Shown: positions 1 through 16,383 of the stretch, piece after piece | Layout of the letters: every line of letters starts with the position of its first letter | How positions within the stretch are numbered: the stretch's first letter is position 1 | Origin: Escherichia coli | Lineage (GTDB): Bacteria; Pseudomonadota; Gammaproteobacteria; Enterobacterales; Enterobacteriaceae | Direction: 5' to 3' (one strand) | DNA: 64,000 bases | Assembly: GCF_003334355.1 (NCBI RefSeq) | Contig: NZ_QOWP01000015.1 | The notes under the pieces: model-generated | The model's database searches: none | What the model was told of the DNA's origin: nothing | The model's input: the letters and a program-made list of their open reading frames with translations, nothing else | Translations under genes and position numbers: made by a program

Positions 1-88
1 AGTGGTGGCGCATTATAGGGAGTTATTCCGGCCTGACAAGAGGAAATTTAAAATAATTTTCTGACCGCGCATTTTTTATTCTTTATGC

Positions 89-634
89 TTATTTCAGCGT
101 CGGTTTGTCGGTTAAATGGGCGATTTCTCGGGCGAAATTCGCCACCTGCTCCCAATCGGTATAGACAACTTCTTTGCGCGTATCCGTTTCACCGCCTGAC
201 ATCTTCATAATCAGCTTGATCATAAAACGGTCGTACCAGCGATAACGTGGGTAACGCAGCGCCCCGGCAATGACCGCGCAGCGATCGGGACGCCATTGCG
301 AGTTCATCAGAAACTTGCGCGCGTAGCTGTTGGTCTGTGGAGTACGCTTCTCCGGTTTGCGCGCCACCAGATTCACGGAGTAAAAGGCGCTCGGCATCGA
401 ATTCAGCCGCGTCGCATGTTTTTTGACAAATTCCTGGAACGCTGAATGGTAGTGACCATAGCGAATAGAAGCACCAATGACCACACGGTCATAGTTTTCC
501 CACTGTGGTTCTTCAATGCGGTGCACATTGGCGACATCCGCCTGGATCCCCAGTTCTTTCAGTTCCGAAGCCAGGTAGGAGGCAATCTCGCGCGTTTGTC
601 CGTCCCTTGTTGAGAAAAGAATTAATGTTTTCAC
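89..634 (-). CDS. hemG: Protoporphyrinogen IX dehydrogenase, flavodoxin-like (HemG)
   Basis: 181-aa ORF with flavodoxin-like N-terminus ([14 protein letters not shown]); immediately downstream of trkH as in the E. coli trkH-hemG arrangement. Confidence 0.92.
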   Translation of the reverse strand: MKTLILFSTRDGQTREIASYLASELKELGIQADVANVHRIEEPQWENYDRVVIGASIRYGHYHSAFQEFVKKHATRLNSMPSAFYSVNLVARKPEKRTPQTNSYARKFLMNSQWRPDRCAVIAGALRYPRYRWYDRFMIKLIMKMSGGETDTRKEVVYTDWEQVANFAREIAHLTDKPTLK

Positions 635-645
635 GTATTACTCCA

Positions 646-2097
646 TCATTCACGCCAGAAAGTCGGGGTAAAGAGCACCAGCAATGTAAAGACCTCGAGA
701 CGACCAAACAGCATGTTGGCAATCAGGATCCATTTAGCCACCGGGTTCATACTGGTAAAGTTATCAGCAACCACGCCAAGCCCTGGCCCCAGGTTATTCA
801 ATGTCGCAACAACCGACGCAAAGGCAGAAAAGTCATCCACGCCCGTGGCGATAATCGCCAGCATACTGACAATAAACACCAATGCATAGGCGGAGAAAAA
901 TCCCCAAACGGCTTCGAGGATACGTTCCGGCAGTGCGCGATTCCCCAGCTTAATGCTATAGACGGCGTTCGGATGCACCAGTCGTTTCAGCTCACGGTTC
1001 CCCTGCTTAAACAGCAGCAGGATGCGGATCACCTTCAGGCCACCGCCCGTTGACCCGGCGCAACCGCCGATAAAGGCTGAACATAAAAGCAGTACCGGCA
1101 AAAAGAGCGGCCAGCGGGCAATGCTGTCAGTTGTAAACCCGGCGGTTGTCGCCATCGACACCACCTGGAAAAACGCCTGGTTAATTGTCATCAGCGCCGA
1201 ACTGTAGACATTATGAAACCACAGTACGAGGGTACAAATAACCACCAGCGTAAACTGTACGCCGATAAACATGCGAAATTCCGGATCGCGCCAATAAACC
1301 TTCAGACTACGCCCACTTAACAGTGAAAAGTGCAGACCGTAGTTACAGCCGGAGATCAGCAGGAAGATAGCAATGATAGTGTTAATAGTCGGGCTATCGA
1401 AATAACCGATACTGGCATCATGTGTCGAGAAGCCGCCAATAGCGATAGTCGCAAAGCTATGGCCGATGGCATCAAAGGCATCCATTCCGGCAAACCACAA
1501 CGCCAGCGCACAGGCGACGGTCAGCAAGACATAAATCAACCACAGGGTTTTCGCCGTTTCCGCAATTCGCGGGCGCATTTTGTTATCTTTCAGCGGGCCG
1601 GGCATTTCTGCGCGATAGAGCTGCATCCCACCCACGCCGAGGATAGGCAGTATCGCAACCGCCAACACGATGATCCCCATCCCGCCAAACCATTGCAGCA
1701 TCTGGCGATAAAAGAGGATGGCGTGAGGGAGCGAATCCAGCCCCACCAGCGTAGTGGCTCCCGTAGTGGTCAGGCCAGAGAAAGATTCAAAAAACGCATC
1801 GGTAATCGTGAGGTTCGGGCTTTCCGAGAAGATAAAAGGGAGCGCACCGACGCTACCCAGCACGGTCCAGAACAGCACCACTATCAGAAACCCCTCACGG
1901 GATTTAAGTTCGCCTTTCTCTTTGCGGTTCGGCCACCACAGCATAGAGCCAATGGCGAGGGCGACAAAAAAGGTCTGGGTAAAAGCGCGGCCCGCTCCAT
2001 CCCGGTAGATGAGTGCTACCAGCCCAGGGATAATCATGGTCCCTGAAAATAAGATGACCAGTAGTCCAACGATTCGGGTAATGGCGCGAAAATGCAT
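646..2097 (-). CDS. trkH: Trk system potassium uptake protein TrkH
   Basis: 483-aa polytopic membrane ORF recognised as TrkH; synteny pepQ-yigZ-trkH-hemG. Confidence 0.95.
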   Translation of the reverse strand: MHFRAITRIVGLLVILFSGTMIIPGLVALIYRDGAGRAFTQTFFVALAIGSMLWWPNRKEKGELKSREGFLIVVLFWTVLGSVGALPFIFSESPNLTITDAFFESFSGLTTTGATTLVGLDSLPHAILFYRQMLQWFGGMGIIVLAVAILPILGVGGMQLYRAEMPGPLKDNKMRPRIAETAKTLWLIYVLLTVACALALWFAGMDAFDAIGHSFATIAIGGFSTHDASIGYFDSPTINTIIAIFLLISGCNYGLHFSLLSGRSLKVYWRDPEFRMFIGVQFTLVVICTLVLWFHNVYSSALMTINQAFFQVVSMATTAGFTTDSIARWPLFLPVLLLCSAFIGGCAGSTGGGLKVIRILLLFKQGNRELKRLVHPNAVYSIKLGNRALPERILEAVWGFFSAYALVFIVSMLAIIATGVDDFSAFASVVATLNNLGPGLGVVADNFTSMNPVAKWILIANMLFGRLEVFTLLVLFTPTFWRE

Positions 2098-2135
2098 CTC
2101 TGCCGCTTCCTTAGTTCTGCAAAACGAAGTGGGGA

Positions 2136-2753
2136 TTATTCTTCAATCGCTAACAATTGCAATGAACCACGGCTAAAATCCGCCAGCTTTGCGGAAAATT
2201 CAGCCACTTTCGCCGCCGGAAGCGCCACCCGCAGCAGAACGAATGCCTGATAATCACTGTTGATAATTTTGCCGTCACACTGCCCCAGCAACGCTTCAAT
2301 GCCGGTTAACTGATGATATTCACATTGCAAAGTATATTCGGTTAATGGCGTCTTGCGTTGGGTCGTTAGCTGGCGCAGCGCCTGATTCACGCCGCCGCCA
2401 TACGCTTTCACTAACCCACCGGTGCCAAGCAATATGCCGCCGTAGTAGCGCACTACCACAGCGGTAATTTCCCCGACGCCGCTGCCCATTAGCTGGGCGA
2501 GCATCGGTTTACCTGCCGTTCCCGCCGGCTCCCCGTCGTCAGAGAAACCCAGCTGTTGAGAATCATCCGGCGCACCCGCGACCCACGCCACGCAATGGTG
2601 CCGGGCATCGGGGTGTTCTGCCCGCACCGATTCAACAAACGCTTTCGCCGCCTCAACGCCATCGGTATGCGCCAACATCGTTATGAAGCGGCTCTTTTTG
2701 ATCTCTTCAACGACCGTGACCGGTGCCGCAGGAATTAACCAGCTTTCCATCAC
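2136..2753 (-). CDS. yigZ: IMPACT-family protein YigZ
   Basis: 205-aa ORF recognised as YigZ; 4-bp overlap with pepQ stop. Confidence 0.9.
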
Positions 2754-4081
2754 GCCAGTTTCAGATCCCGGGTCATGTTTTCCACGTTGTTTTCGTGGAT
2801 CACCACGTTGTCTTCGATACGAATGCCGCCGAACGGTTTCAGTGCTTCAATTTTCTGCCAGTTGAAGTGCTTGCTGAACTGCCCTTCACGCCACGGTGCC
2901 AGTAGCGATTCGATGAAGTAGATACCCGGTTCGATGGTTAACACCATGCCCGGCTGGAGAATACGGGTGCAGCGCAGGTACGGATATTTTGCCGGTGCCG
3001 CGAGGTGCGTACCGCTATCATCCTGCATAAAACCAGCGACGTCATGCACCTGCAGGCCCAGCGGATGGCCGATACCATGCGGCATAAACGGCCCGGTAAG
3101 ATCGTTTTCGACCATCGCTTCTTCACTCATATCGGTGATGATTTGATGTTTACGCAGCAGTTTGGCGATGCGCTGATGGAACTGGATGTGGTAATCCACA
3201 TAGCTGACGCCTGCTTTCATGGTGGCGATCAGCGCCAGTTGTTCATCATTAACGTCCTTCACCAGCTGCGCGTAGTCGTTGTCACTTTTTGCCGACCAGG
3301 TACGGGTCAGGTCAGCCGCATAGCCGTTATATTCTGCCCCGGCATCCAGCAGGAAGCTGCGCATCTCTTCCGGTGCCTGATGGTCCAGTTTGGTGTAATG
3401 CAGTACCGCAGCGTGTTCGTTAAGCGCCACAATGTTGCTGTAAGGTACGTCGGTATCACGATGACCGGTCGCGGTCAGATAGGCAATGTTGATATCGAAC
3501 TCGCTCATGCCAGAACGGAACGCTTCTTCTGCCGCGCGGTGACCGTTGACCGCCATTTTCTGCGCTTCACGCATACAGGCCAGTTCGTACTCAGTTTTGA
3601 AGGAGCGATAGTAATGCAGGTAGTCGATAACCCCTTTCGGGTTGATGTTGCTGGCCTCAATACCCAGTTGCAGCGCACGTTCCGGCACCGGACCGATATA
3701 ACCGATATTGCCGCGCGCAGCAGGCAGCAGGCTACCAATGCCATCGGCTTTCGGCAGCGCGATCACTTCCACATCTTCAGTCCAGAAAGAGGTCGGCAGC
3801 GGTTCGACGTTGTGCCAGTAATCAACCGGCAGATAGAACCACAGTTTCGGCTTGTTCACGCCATCCACCAGCAACCAGCAGTTTGGCACCTGAGTTACCG
3901 GCACCCACGCTTTGAATTGCGGGTTCACTTTAAACGGATAGGGATGATCGTCGAGAAAAACATTGAACAGCTCGCCGGAGTGAATAAGTAACGCATCCAG
4001 CTTGAAGCGCGCCAGCGCATCGCGAGTCCGTTCTTGTAAGGTAGCTATATGATTTTTATAGAGCGAGGCCAGTGATTCCAT
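2750..4081 (-). CDS. pepQ: Xaa-Pro dipeptidase (prolidase) PepQ
   Basis: 443-aa ORF recognised as PepQ (M24 metallopeptidase, HGIGH motif); divergent from fadB. Confidence 0.95.
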
Positions 4082-4228
4082 TTTTTACCCTTCTGTTTTT
4101 TTGACCTTAAGTCTCCGCATCTTAGCACATCGTTCATCCAGAGCGTGATTTCTGCCGAGCGTGATCAGATCGGCATTTCTTTAATCTTTTGTTTGCATAT
4201 TTTTAACACAAAATACACACTTCGACTC

Positions 4229-4245
4229 ATCTGGTACGACCAGAT
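4229..4245 (+). promoter_or_regulatory. FadR operator in fadBA promoter (ATCTGGTACGACCAGAT)
   Basis: 17-bp palindromic sequence matching the FadR box (ANCTGGTCNGACCNGTT-type) about 25 bp upstream of the fadB start; coordinates +/-2. Confidence 0.6.
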
Positions 4246-4270
4246 CACCTTGCGGATTCAGGAGACTGAC

Positions 4271-6460
4271 ATGCTTTACAAAGGCGACACCCTGTACCTT
4301 GACTGGCTGGAAGATGGCATTGCCGAACTGGTATTTGATGCCCCAGGTTCAGTTAATAAACTCGACACTGCGACCGTCGCCAGCCTCGGCGAGGCCATCG
4401 GCGTGCTGGAACAGCAATCAGATCTAAAAGGGCTGCTGCTGCGTTCGAACAAAGCAGCCTTTATCGTCGGTGCTGATATCACCGAATTTTTGTCCCTGTT
4501 CCTCGTTCCTGAAGAACAGTTAAGTCAGTGGCTGCACTTTGCCAATAGCGTGTTTAATCGCCTGGAAGATCTGCCGGTGCCGACCATTGCTGCCGTCAAC
4601 GGCTATGCGCTGGGCGGTGGCTGCGAATGCGTGCTGGCGACCGATTATCGTCTGGCGACGCCGGATCTGCGCATCGGTCTGCCGGAAACCAAACTGGGCA
4701 TCATGCCGGGCTTTGGCGGTTCTGTACGTATGCCACGTATGCTGGGCGCTGACAGTGCGCTGGAAATCATTGCCGCCGGTAAAGATGTCGGCGCGGATCA
4801 GGCGCTGAAAATCGGTCTGGTGGATGGCGTAGTCAAAGCAGAAAAACTGGTTGAAGGCGCAAAGGCGGTTTTACGCCAGGCCATTAACGGCGACCTCGAC
4901 TGGAAAGCAAAACGTCAGCCGAAGCTGGAACCACTAAAACTGAGCAAGATTGAAGCCACCATGAGCTTCACCATCGCTAAAGGGATGGTCGCACAAACAG
5001 CGGGGAAACATTATCCGGCCCCCATCACCGCAGTAAAAACCATTGAAGCTGCGGCCCGTTTTGGTCGTGAAGAAGCCTTAAACCTGGAAAACAAAAGTTT
5101 TGTCCCGCTGGCGCATACCAACGAAGCCCGCGCACTGGTCGGCATTTTCCTTAACGATCAATATGTAAAAGGCAAAGCGAAGAAACTCACCAAAGACGTT
5201 GAAACCCCGAAACAGGCCGCGGTGCTGGGTGCAGGCATTATGGGCGGCGGCATCGCTTACCAGTCTGCGTGGAAAGGCGTGCCGGTTGTCATGAAAGATA
5301 TCAACGACAAGTCGTTAACCCTCGGCATGACCGAAGCCGCGAAACTGCTGAACAAGCAGCTTGAGCGCGGCAAGATCGATGGTCTGAAACTGGCTGGCGT
5401 GATCTCCACAATCCACCCAACGCTCGACTACGCCGGGTTTGACCGCGTGGATGTTGTGGTAGAAGCGGTTGTCGAAAACCCGAAAGTGAAAAAAGCCGTA
5501 CTGGCAGAAACCGAACAAAAAGTACGCCCGGATACCGTGCTGGCGTCTAACACTTCAACCATTCCTATCAGCGAACTGGCCAACGCGCTGGAACGCCCGG
5601 AAAACTTCTGCGGAATGCACTTTTTTAACCCGGTACACCGGATGCCGTTGGTAGAAATTATTCGCGGCGAGAAAAGCTCCGACGAAACCATCGCGAAAGT
5701 TGTCGCCTGGGCGAGCAAGATGGGCAAGACGCCGATTGTGGTTAACGACTGCCCCGGCTTCTTTGTTAACCGCGTGCTGTTCCCGTATTTCGCCGGTTTC
5801 AGCCAGCTGCTGCGCGACGGCGCGGATTTCCGCAAGATCGACAAAGTGATGGAAAAACAGTTTGGCTGGCCTATGGGTCCGGCATATCTGCTGGATGTCG
5901 TGGGCATTGATACCGCGCATCACGCTCAGGCTGTCATGGCAGCAGGCTTCCCGCAGCGGATGCAGAAAGATTACCGCGATGCCATCGACGCGCTGTTTGA
6001 TGCCAACCGCTTTGGTCAGAAGAACGGCCTCGGTTTCTGGCGTTATAAAGAAGACAGCAAAGGTAAGCCGAAGAAAGAAGAAGACGCCGCCGTTGAAGAC
6101 CTGCTGGCAGAAGTGAGCCAGCCGAAGCGCGATTTCAGCGAAGAAGAGATTATCGCCCGCATGATGATCCCGATGGTCAACGAAGTGGTGCGCTGTCTGG
6201 AGGAAGGCATTATCGCCACTCCGGCGGAAGCGGATATGGCGCTGGTCTACGGCCTGGGCTTCCCTCCGTTCCACGGCGGCGCGTTCCGCTGGCTGGACAC
6301 CCTCGGTAGCGCAAAATACCTCGATATGGCACAGCAATATCAGCACCTCGGCCCGCTGTACGAAGTGCCGGAAGGTCTGCGTAATAAAGCACGTCATAAC
6401 GAACCGTACTATCCCCCGGTTGAGCCAGCCCGTCCGGTTGGCGACCTGAAAACGGCTTAA
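4271..6460 (+). CDS. fadB: Fatty acid oxidation complex alpha subunit FadB (enoyl-CoA hydratase / 3-hydroxyacyl-CoA dehydrogenase)
   Basis: Track ORF 4145..6460; recognised N-terminus [16 protein letters not shown] begins at in-frame ATG 4271 (729 aa) preceded by GGAG. Confidence 0.95.
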   Translation: MLYKGDTLYLDWLEDGIAELVFDAPGSVNKLDTATVASLGEAIGVLEQQSDLKGLLLRSNKAAFIVGADITEFLSLFLVPEEQLSQWLHFANSVFNRLEDLPVPTIAAVNGYALGGGCECVLATDYRLATPDLRIGLPETKLGIMPGFGGSVRMPRMLGADSALEIIAAGKDVGADQALKIGLVDGVVKAEKLVEGAKAVLRQAINGDLDWKAKRQPKLEPLKLSKIEATMSFTIAKGMVAQTAGKHYPAPITAVKTIEAAARFGREEALNLENKSFVPLAHTNEARALVGIFLNDQYVKGKAKKLTKDVETPKQAAVLGAGIMGGGIAYQSAWKGVPVVMKDINDKSLTLGMTEAAKLLNKQLERGKIDGLKLAGVISTIHPTLDYAGFDRVDVVVEAVVENPKVKKAVLAETEQKVRPDTVLASNTSTIPISELANALERPENFCGMHFFNPVHRMPLVEIIRGEKSSDETIAKVVAWASKMGKTPIVVNDCPGFFVNRVLFPYFAGFSQLLRDGADFRKIDKVMEKQFGWPMGPAYLLDVVGIDTAHHAQAVMAAGFPQRMQKDYRDAIDALFDANRFGQKNGLGFWRYKEDSKGKPKKEEDAAVEDLLAEVSQPKRDFSEEEIIARMMIPMVNEVVRCLEEGIIATPAEADMALVYGLGFPPFHGGAFRWLDTLGSAKYLDMAQQYQHLGPLYEVPEGLRNKARHNEPYYPPVEPARPVGDLKTA

Positions 6461-7633
<1,173 letters not shown>

Positions 7634-7636
7634 CCA

Positions 7637-7822
7637 CTTGCCGGATGCGGCGTGAACGCCTTATCCGGTCTACAGATCCGGCACCAATGTAGGCCTGATA
7701 AGACGCGCCAGCGTCGCATCAGGCATCGTGCACCAATTGCCGGATGCGACGTAAACGCCTTATCCGGCCTACGGTTCGGACTATTTGTAGGCACGATAAG
7801 ACGCGACAGCGTCGCATCGGGC
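7637..7822. repeat. BIME / cluster of REP elements downstream of fadA
   Basis: Several alternating-orientation copies of the REP core (gccggatgcggcgtgaacgccttatccggcctac and its complement) with spacers. Confidence 0.8.
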
Positions 7823-7884
7823 ATGGTTTGCCAGATACGTCATAGATCTAAATGCCACTGAATAAAGTTTTAGTTGCCGTTCTT

Positions 7885-7910
7885 CCCGCCTGTCAGGGGC
7901 GGGTTTTTTT
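7885..7910 (+). terminator. Intrinsic terminator of fadBA
   Basis: GC-rich hairpin cccgcc-tgtcag-gggcggg followed by T7 run on the + strand. Confidence 0.65.
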
Positions 7911-7915
7911 ATATC

Positions 7916-8617
7916 TCAGATAAATGCAAACGCATCGCCAAACAGGCGATCTTCCCGCGCATTACGCTCACTGCAAAACAGGTCACGGGCAATTTTCGCC
8001 ATCTCAAAACGTCCGGCAATATAGATATCATGCTCTGCCAGCGTACCATGATCCTGCAATACCGCCGTTAACACGGTACCAGTACGCCCACGCCAGCCTG
8101 CTTCCGGTTGTTCAACCACCGGCACCACTTGCAGACCAGGGTGCTTTAACGAAAGCGCCTCAAGCTCGCAGAGATCATACAGATGCCGCTCTTCACGCCC
8201 GCCCCAGTAAATGGTGATATCACGGTTTGGGTTACGCGCCAACGCTGTCAGCAAAATCGAGCGGGCATAAGAGAACCCGGTGCCGCCCGCAATCAAAATC
8301 ATCGGACGCTCTTCATCATCGCGCAGCCACGCTTCTCCGTGGGGAATATCGACCACGATTTGATGATCTTTGAGGATGCGGTCCATGACTGCTTTCGCGT
8401 AAAGGTTGATTTCAGAAGCGCCAATATGCAGCTCGATAAACCCTTTTTCATCCGGCGTCGAGGCCATTGAGAACGGACGTTTGTCGCGCTCATCCATCAC
8501 TACCATCAAATACTGACCAGCACGAAAAGAAAAGGCCGCGTCTGGCACGATGCGGACACGATATACGGTATCCGTGATAGCTTCTACCGAGGTCACTTTA
8601 CAGCTTAAGGTTGTCAT
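7916..8617 (-). CDS. fre: NAD(P)H-flavin reductase Fre
   Basis: Track ORF 7916..8650; recognised Fre N-terminus [21 protein letters not shown] starts at in-frame ATG 8617 (233 aa). Confidence 0.92.
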   Translation of the reverse strand: MTTLSCKVTSVEAITDTVYRVRIVPDAAFSFRAGQYLMVVMDERDKRPFSMASTPDEKGFIELHIGASEINLYAKAVMDRILKDHQIVVDIPHGEAWLRDDEERPMILIAGGTGFSYARSILLTALARNPNRDITIYWGGREERHLYDLCELEALSLKHPGLQVVPVVEQPEAGWRGRTGTVLTAVLQDHGTLAEHDIYIAGRFEMAKIARDLFCSERNAREDRLFGDAFAFI

Positions 8618-8662
8618 GCGCTTTCTCTGTCGGATCGATAAATAGGGCAAAACAAACGCGCA

Positions 8663-10156
8663 TCAGGCGCTTTTACCGTTGTTAAAAATAGCCAGTTCAT
8701 CCCAGATGGCGTCAATATGCGCGACAACATCTGGATCTTTTTTGATGGGACGTCCCCATTCACGCTGGGTTTCCCCCGGCCATTTATTCGTGGCATCCAG
8801 CCCCATTTTTGAACCCAGCCCGGAGACAGGCGAGGCAAAATCCAGATAATCAATAGGCGTATTTTCTACCAGAACAGTATCCCGCGCCGGGTCCATACGG
8901 GTGGTAATCGCCCAAATCACATCGTTCCAGTCGCGTGCGTTAACGTCATCATCGCAAACGATCACAAATTTAGTGTACATAAACTGGCGTAAGAACGACC
9001 AGACGCCCATCATGACGCGCTTCGCGTGTCCGGCGTACTGTTTTTTGATTGTCACTACCGCCAGGCGATAAGAGCAGCCTTCCGGCGGCAGGTAAAAATC
9101 GACAATTTCCGGGAACTGTTTTTGCAGAATCGGCACAAACACTTCGTTCAGTGCGACACCCAGCACCGCGGGCTCATCTGGCGGACGCCCGGTATAGGTG
9201 GAATGGTAAATCGCATCTTCACGCTGGGTAATATGCGTCACGGTAAATACTGGGAAACTATCGACTTCATTATAGTAACCGGTGTGGTCGCCATACGGCC
9301 CTTCCGGCGCAGTTTCGCCTTGTTCGATATACCCTTCCAGCACAATCTCCGCACTGGCGGGCACTTCAAGATCATTGGAGATACACTTCACCACTTCGGT
9401 CTTGGTGCCACGTAGCAATCCGGCAAACGCATACTCTGAAAGCGTATCCGGAACGGGAGTGACTGCACCGAGAATCGTGGCGGGATCGGCACCCAGCGCC
9501 ACAGAAACCGGGAAACGTTCGCCCGGATGCGCCGCACACCACTCCTGATAATCCAGCGCGCCGCCGCGATGCGACAGCCAGCGCATAATCAGTTTGTTTT
9601 TACCAATCAGCTGCTGGCGATAAATGCCCAGATTCTGCCGCTCTTTATGTGGGCCGCGCGTCACTGTCAGCCCCCAGGTAATCAGCGGCGCGGCATCTTC
9701 CGGCCAGCAGGTCATAATGGGAATGCGATTGAGATCGACGTCATCGCCAGAGACGATTTTTTGTTGGCAGGGCGCACCACGCAGCCGCTTTGTCGGCATG
9801 TTCAATACTTGCTTAAACTGCGGCAGTTTATCAAACAGGTCGCGGAAACCTTTTGGCGGCTCCGGCTCTTTCAGAAACGCCAATAATTTACCAACTTCAC
9901 GCAGCGCCGAAACATCTTCCTGCCCCATGCCCATCGCCACGCGCTTTGGCGTACCGAACAGGTTGCACAGCACCGGCATTGAGTAGCCTTTAGGGTTTTC
10001 GAACAACAGCGCAGGCCCACCGGCACGCAAAGTGCGGTCAGCAATTTCAGTGATTTCCAGATGCGGATCCACCGGGAGCGTGATACGTTTTAGCTCACCC
10101 TGCTGTTCAAGCAGCGTCAAGAAGTCGCGTAAATCGTTATATTTCATGGCGTCCAT
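8663..10156 (-). CDS. ubiD: 3-octaprenyl-4-hydroxybenzoate decarboxylase UbiD
   Basis: 497-aa ORF recognised as UbiD. Confidence 0.95.
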   Translation of the reverse strand: MDAMKYNDLRDFLTLLEQQGELKRITLPVDPHLEITEIADRTLRAGGPALLFENPKGYSMPVLCNLFGTPKRVAMGMGQEDVSALREVGKLLAFLKEPEPPKGFRDLFDKLPQFKQVLNMPTKRLRGAPCQQKIVSGDDVDLNRIPIMTCWPEDAAPLITWGLTVTRGPHKERQNLGIYRQQLIGKNKLIMRWLSHRGGALDYQEWCAAHPGERFPVSVALGADPATILGAVTPVPDTLSEYAFAGLLRGTKTEVVKCISNDLEVPASAEIVLEGYIEQGETAPEGPYGDHTGYYNEVDSFPVFTVTHITQREDAIYHSTYTGRPPDEPAVLGVALNEVFVPILQKQFPEIVDFYLPPEGCSYRLAVVTIKKQYAGHAKRVMMGVWSFLRQFMYTKFVIVCDDDVNARDWNDVIWAITTRMDPARDTVLVENTPIDYLDFASPVSGLGSKMGLDATNKWPGETQREWGRPIKKDPDVVAHIDAIWDELAIFNNGKSA

Positions 10157-10277
10157 TGTAGCCTCTTAATCTGCGCCCATTATACGGCGTTCATCTTTGC
10201 GATGCTGTAAATTTGTTAAATTAGCGTGAACTCTGACGGTATAACGCAAACCGGGGAATATAATTAACTTAGCGTAA

Positions 10278-11590
<1,313 letters not shown>

Positions 11591-11631
11591 CCTGTACTCC
11601 ATATGACAACCGCCCTGACGGGCGGTTGAAT

Positions 11632-12408
11632 TTATTCTTCAGTTTTTTCGCTTTCTGCTTCAGCGTCGTTTTCCTCTTCCCGATTTCGCCCTTTACCAAC
11701 GTAAAAGCGTGAGAAGAAGACACCGATTTCAAACAGACAGTACATCGGGATCGCCAACAGCGTTTGCGAGAAGACATCCGGCGGCGTCAGCAACATCCCG
11801 ACAACGAATGCACCAACCAGCACATACGGGCGTTTTTTGCGTAAGTCTTCTGGCGAGGTAATCCCCATCCAGCACAGCAGCACAATTGCCACCGGCACTT
11901 CAAAGGAGACACCAAACGCCATAAACAGCGCCATAACGAAGCTTAAATAGCTGGCGATGTCGGTGGATACCTGCACCCCTTCCGGCGCGGTATTGGCAAG
12001 GAAGCCAAATGCCAGCGGAAAGACCACAAAGTAGGCGAACGCCATGCCGATATAAAACAGCAGAGAGCTGGAAACCAGCAGCGGCACCACCAGGCGACGT
12101 TCATGCTTATACAGCGCTGGGGCGATAAATGCCCACACCTGATAGAGAATCACCGGCGCTGACAGAATCAGCGACACCATAAAGGTCAGCTTGATCGGCG
12201 TAAAGAACGGCGAGGCCACGTCGGTGGCGATCATCGTTGAACCTTGCGGCAACTGCTTGATCAATGGCGCGGATACCAGGTGATAGATGTCATTGGCGAA
12301 ATAGACCAGACACAGGAATATCACGATCACCGCGATAATGCAGTTCAGCAGACGCTTACGCAGCTCAATCAGATGCGTGATAAGCGGTTGAGTATCTTCT
12401 ACAGACAT
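11632..12408 (-). CDS. tatC: Sec-independent protein translocase TatC
   Basis: 258-aa polytopic membrane ORF recognised as TatC. Confidence 0.95.
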
Positions 12409-12410
12409 GT

Positions 12411-12926
12411 TTACGGTTTATCACTCGACGAAGGGGAAGGTGCAGCGGTTTTCGGTTCAGCGTCCGCAGCAGGTTTTACCACCGGCTCTGGCGTGGTTTC
12501 TGGCTTCTGTTCCGGCGAACTGGCCTGCGTTTGTGCAGCGGCAGGCGTTACGCCCTCATGCGCAGCTTCATTATCTTTCACCACCGGGTTATGGATGGTG
12601 TGCGCTTCATCGCTCGCCTTTTCAGGATCGTTTGCAACGTAGGAACGCTTCATCGACTCCGCGGCCTGGCGTAGTTCATCCATCGACGCTTTCAGTTCGG
12701 GTGTCAGGTTAGTGAGGCTCGCCTTTTCAACCTTTTTCAGACTGTCCTGAAACTCCTGGAGTTTTAACTCCTGGGTCAGTTCGTTCTGCACCGTTGTCGC
12801 CAGTGAACGCAACGCGCGAATCCAGCCCGCTACCGTTTTTACCGCCACAGGCAGTCGTTGCGGCCCCAGAACGACGAGGCCGATGATGAACACCAATAGC
12901 AGTTCGCTAAAACCGATATCAAACAC
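12411..12926 (-). CDS. tatB: Sec-independent protein translocase TatB
   Basis: 171-aa [29 protein letters not shown] recognised as TatB. Confidence 0.95.
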
Positions 12927-12929
12927 GGA

Positions 12930-13199
12930 TTACACCTGCTCTTTATCGTGGCGCTTCGCGTCTTCTGTTTTAGCCTGTTCCTGATTCGTATCCGCCTGCT
13001 TATCGGCGATAGTTTTCGCAGTAAAATCAGCATCCTGACTGGTTTTATCCTGCTTTGGTTCATCATCGCTCATTGCTTTTTTAAAGCCTTTGATCGACGC
13101 ACCAAGATCGGAACCGATGGAGCCGAGCTTTTTGGTGCCAAAAAGCAGTACAACGATGACGGCAATAATCAATAACTGCCAAATACTGATACCACCCAT
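12930..13199 (-). CDS. tatA: Sec-independent protein translocase TatA
   Basis: Track ORF to 13241; recognised 89-aa Tat[28 protein letters not shown] begins at ATG 13199. Confidence 0.93.
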   Translation of the reverse strand: MGGISIWQLLIIAVIVVLLFGTKKLGSIGSDLGASIKGFKKAMSDDEPKQDKTSQDADFTAKTIADKQADTNQEQAKTEDAKRHDKEQV

Positions 13200-13277
13200 A
13201 CATGTTCCTCTGTGGTAGATGATGATTAAACAAGGCCGCATTATACGTTACACGGCCCGCCTTGAGCGATGAAAAAA

Positions 13278-15520
<2,243 letters not shown>

Positions 15521-15533
15521 TTCCGGTCTCCTG

Positions 15534-16289
15534 TCAGAACTTATAACCACGATGCAGCGCCACAACCCCTGCCGTCAGATTGTAGTAGTCGACACTTTCG
15601 AATCCGGCATCCTGCATCATGGCTTTCAGGGTATCCTGATCGGGATGCATACGGATGGATTCTGCCAGATAACGGTAGCTGTCGGCGTCGTTCGCGACCA
15701 GTGAGCCAATACGCGGCAGCACATGGAAGGAGTATGCATCATAGGCTTTGCTCAGCGGCTCGATAATTGGCTTCGAGAACTCAAGCACCAGCAGGCGGCC
15801 GCCGGGTTTCAGCACGCGATACATTGAACGCAGTGCTTTATCTTTGTCGGTGACGTTACGCAGACCAAACGAAATGGTGATGCAATCAAAGGTGTTATCC
15901 GGGAACGGCAGCGCCTCAGCGTTCGCCTGAACATACTCAACGTTGCCAATCACACCGATATTACGCAGCTTCTCGCGGCCCATTTTGAGCATGGATTCAT
16001 TGATATCAGCAAGGACCACTTTGCCAGTTTCTCCGACCAGGCGGGAGAATTTCGCTGTCAGGTCGCCGGTGCCACCAGCCAGATCCAGCACGGTCTGCCC
16101 ACGGCGTACGCCGCTGCAATCAATCGTGAATCGCTTCCACAAACGATGAATACCAAATGACATCAAATCATTCATGACATCGTATTTTGATGCCACGGAA
16201 TGGAAAACGTGGGCGACCATATCCGCTTTTTGTTCCTTCGCGACGGTCTGAAAACCAAAGTGCGTCGTTTCTTGTGACTTATCCACCAT
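15534..16289 (-). CDS. ubiE: Ubiquinone/menaquinone C-methyltransferase UbiE
   Basis: 251-aa SAM-methyltransferase ORF (LDLAGGTGD motif) recognised as UbiE. Confidence 0.95.
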
Positions 16290-16383
16290 CTCAATGCCTG
16301 CTCATCAAAAAATTGTTCCAGAAGTGTAACAGATTGGGCGTCGATGCCCTAGATTTCTACCCGGCTTAACTACTCCCAATGGG

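Noticed and set aside
1-88. Sequence downstream of hemG at the window edge (possibly approaching an rRNA operon upstream region)
   Set aside because: Too short and featureless to call a promoter or rRNA gene; nothing supportable within the window.
1330-2046. 238-aa ORF on the + strand
   Set aside because: Antisense to trkH; low-complexity Arg/Gln-rich translation typical of shadow ORFs.
3005-3991. 328-aa ORF on the + strand
   Set aside because: Lies entirely antisense to pepQ, which is a confident full-length match; long antisense frames are expected in GC-rich coding DNA. No RBS or recognisable domain.
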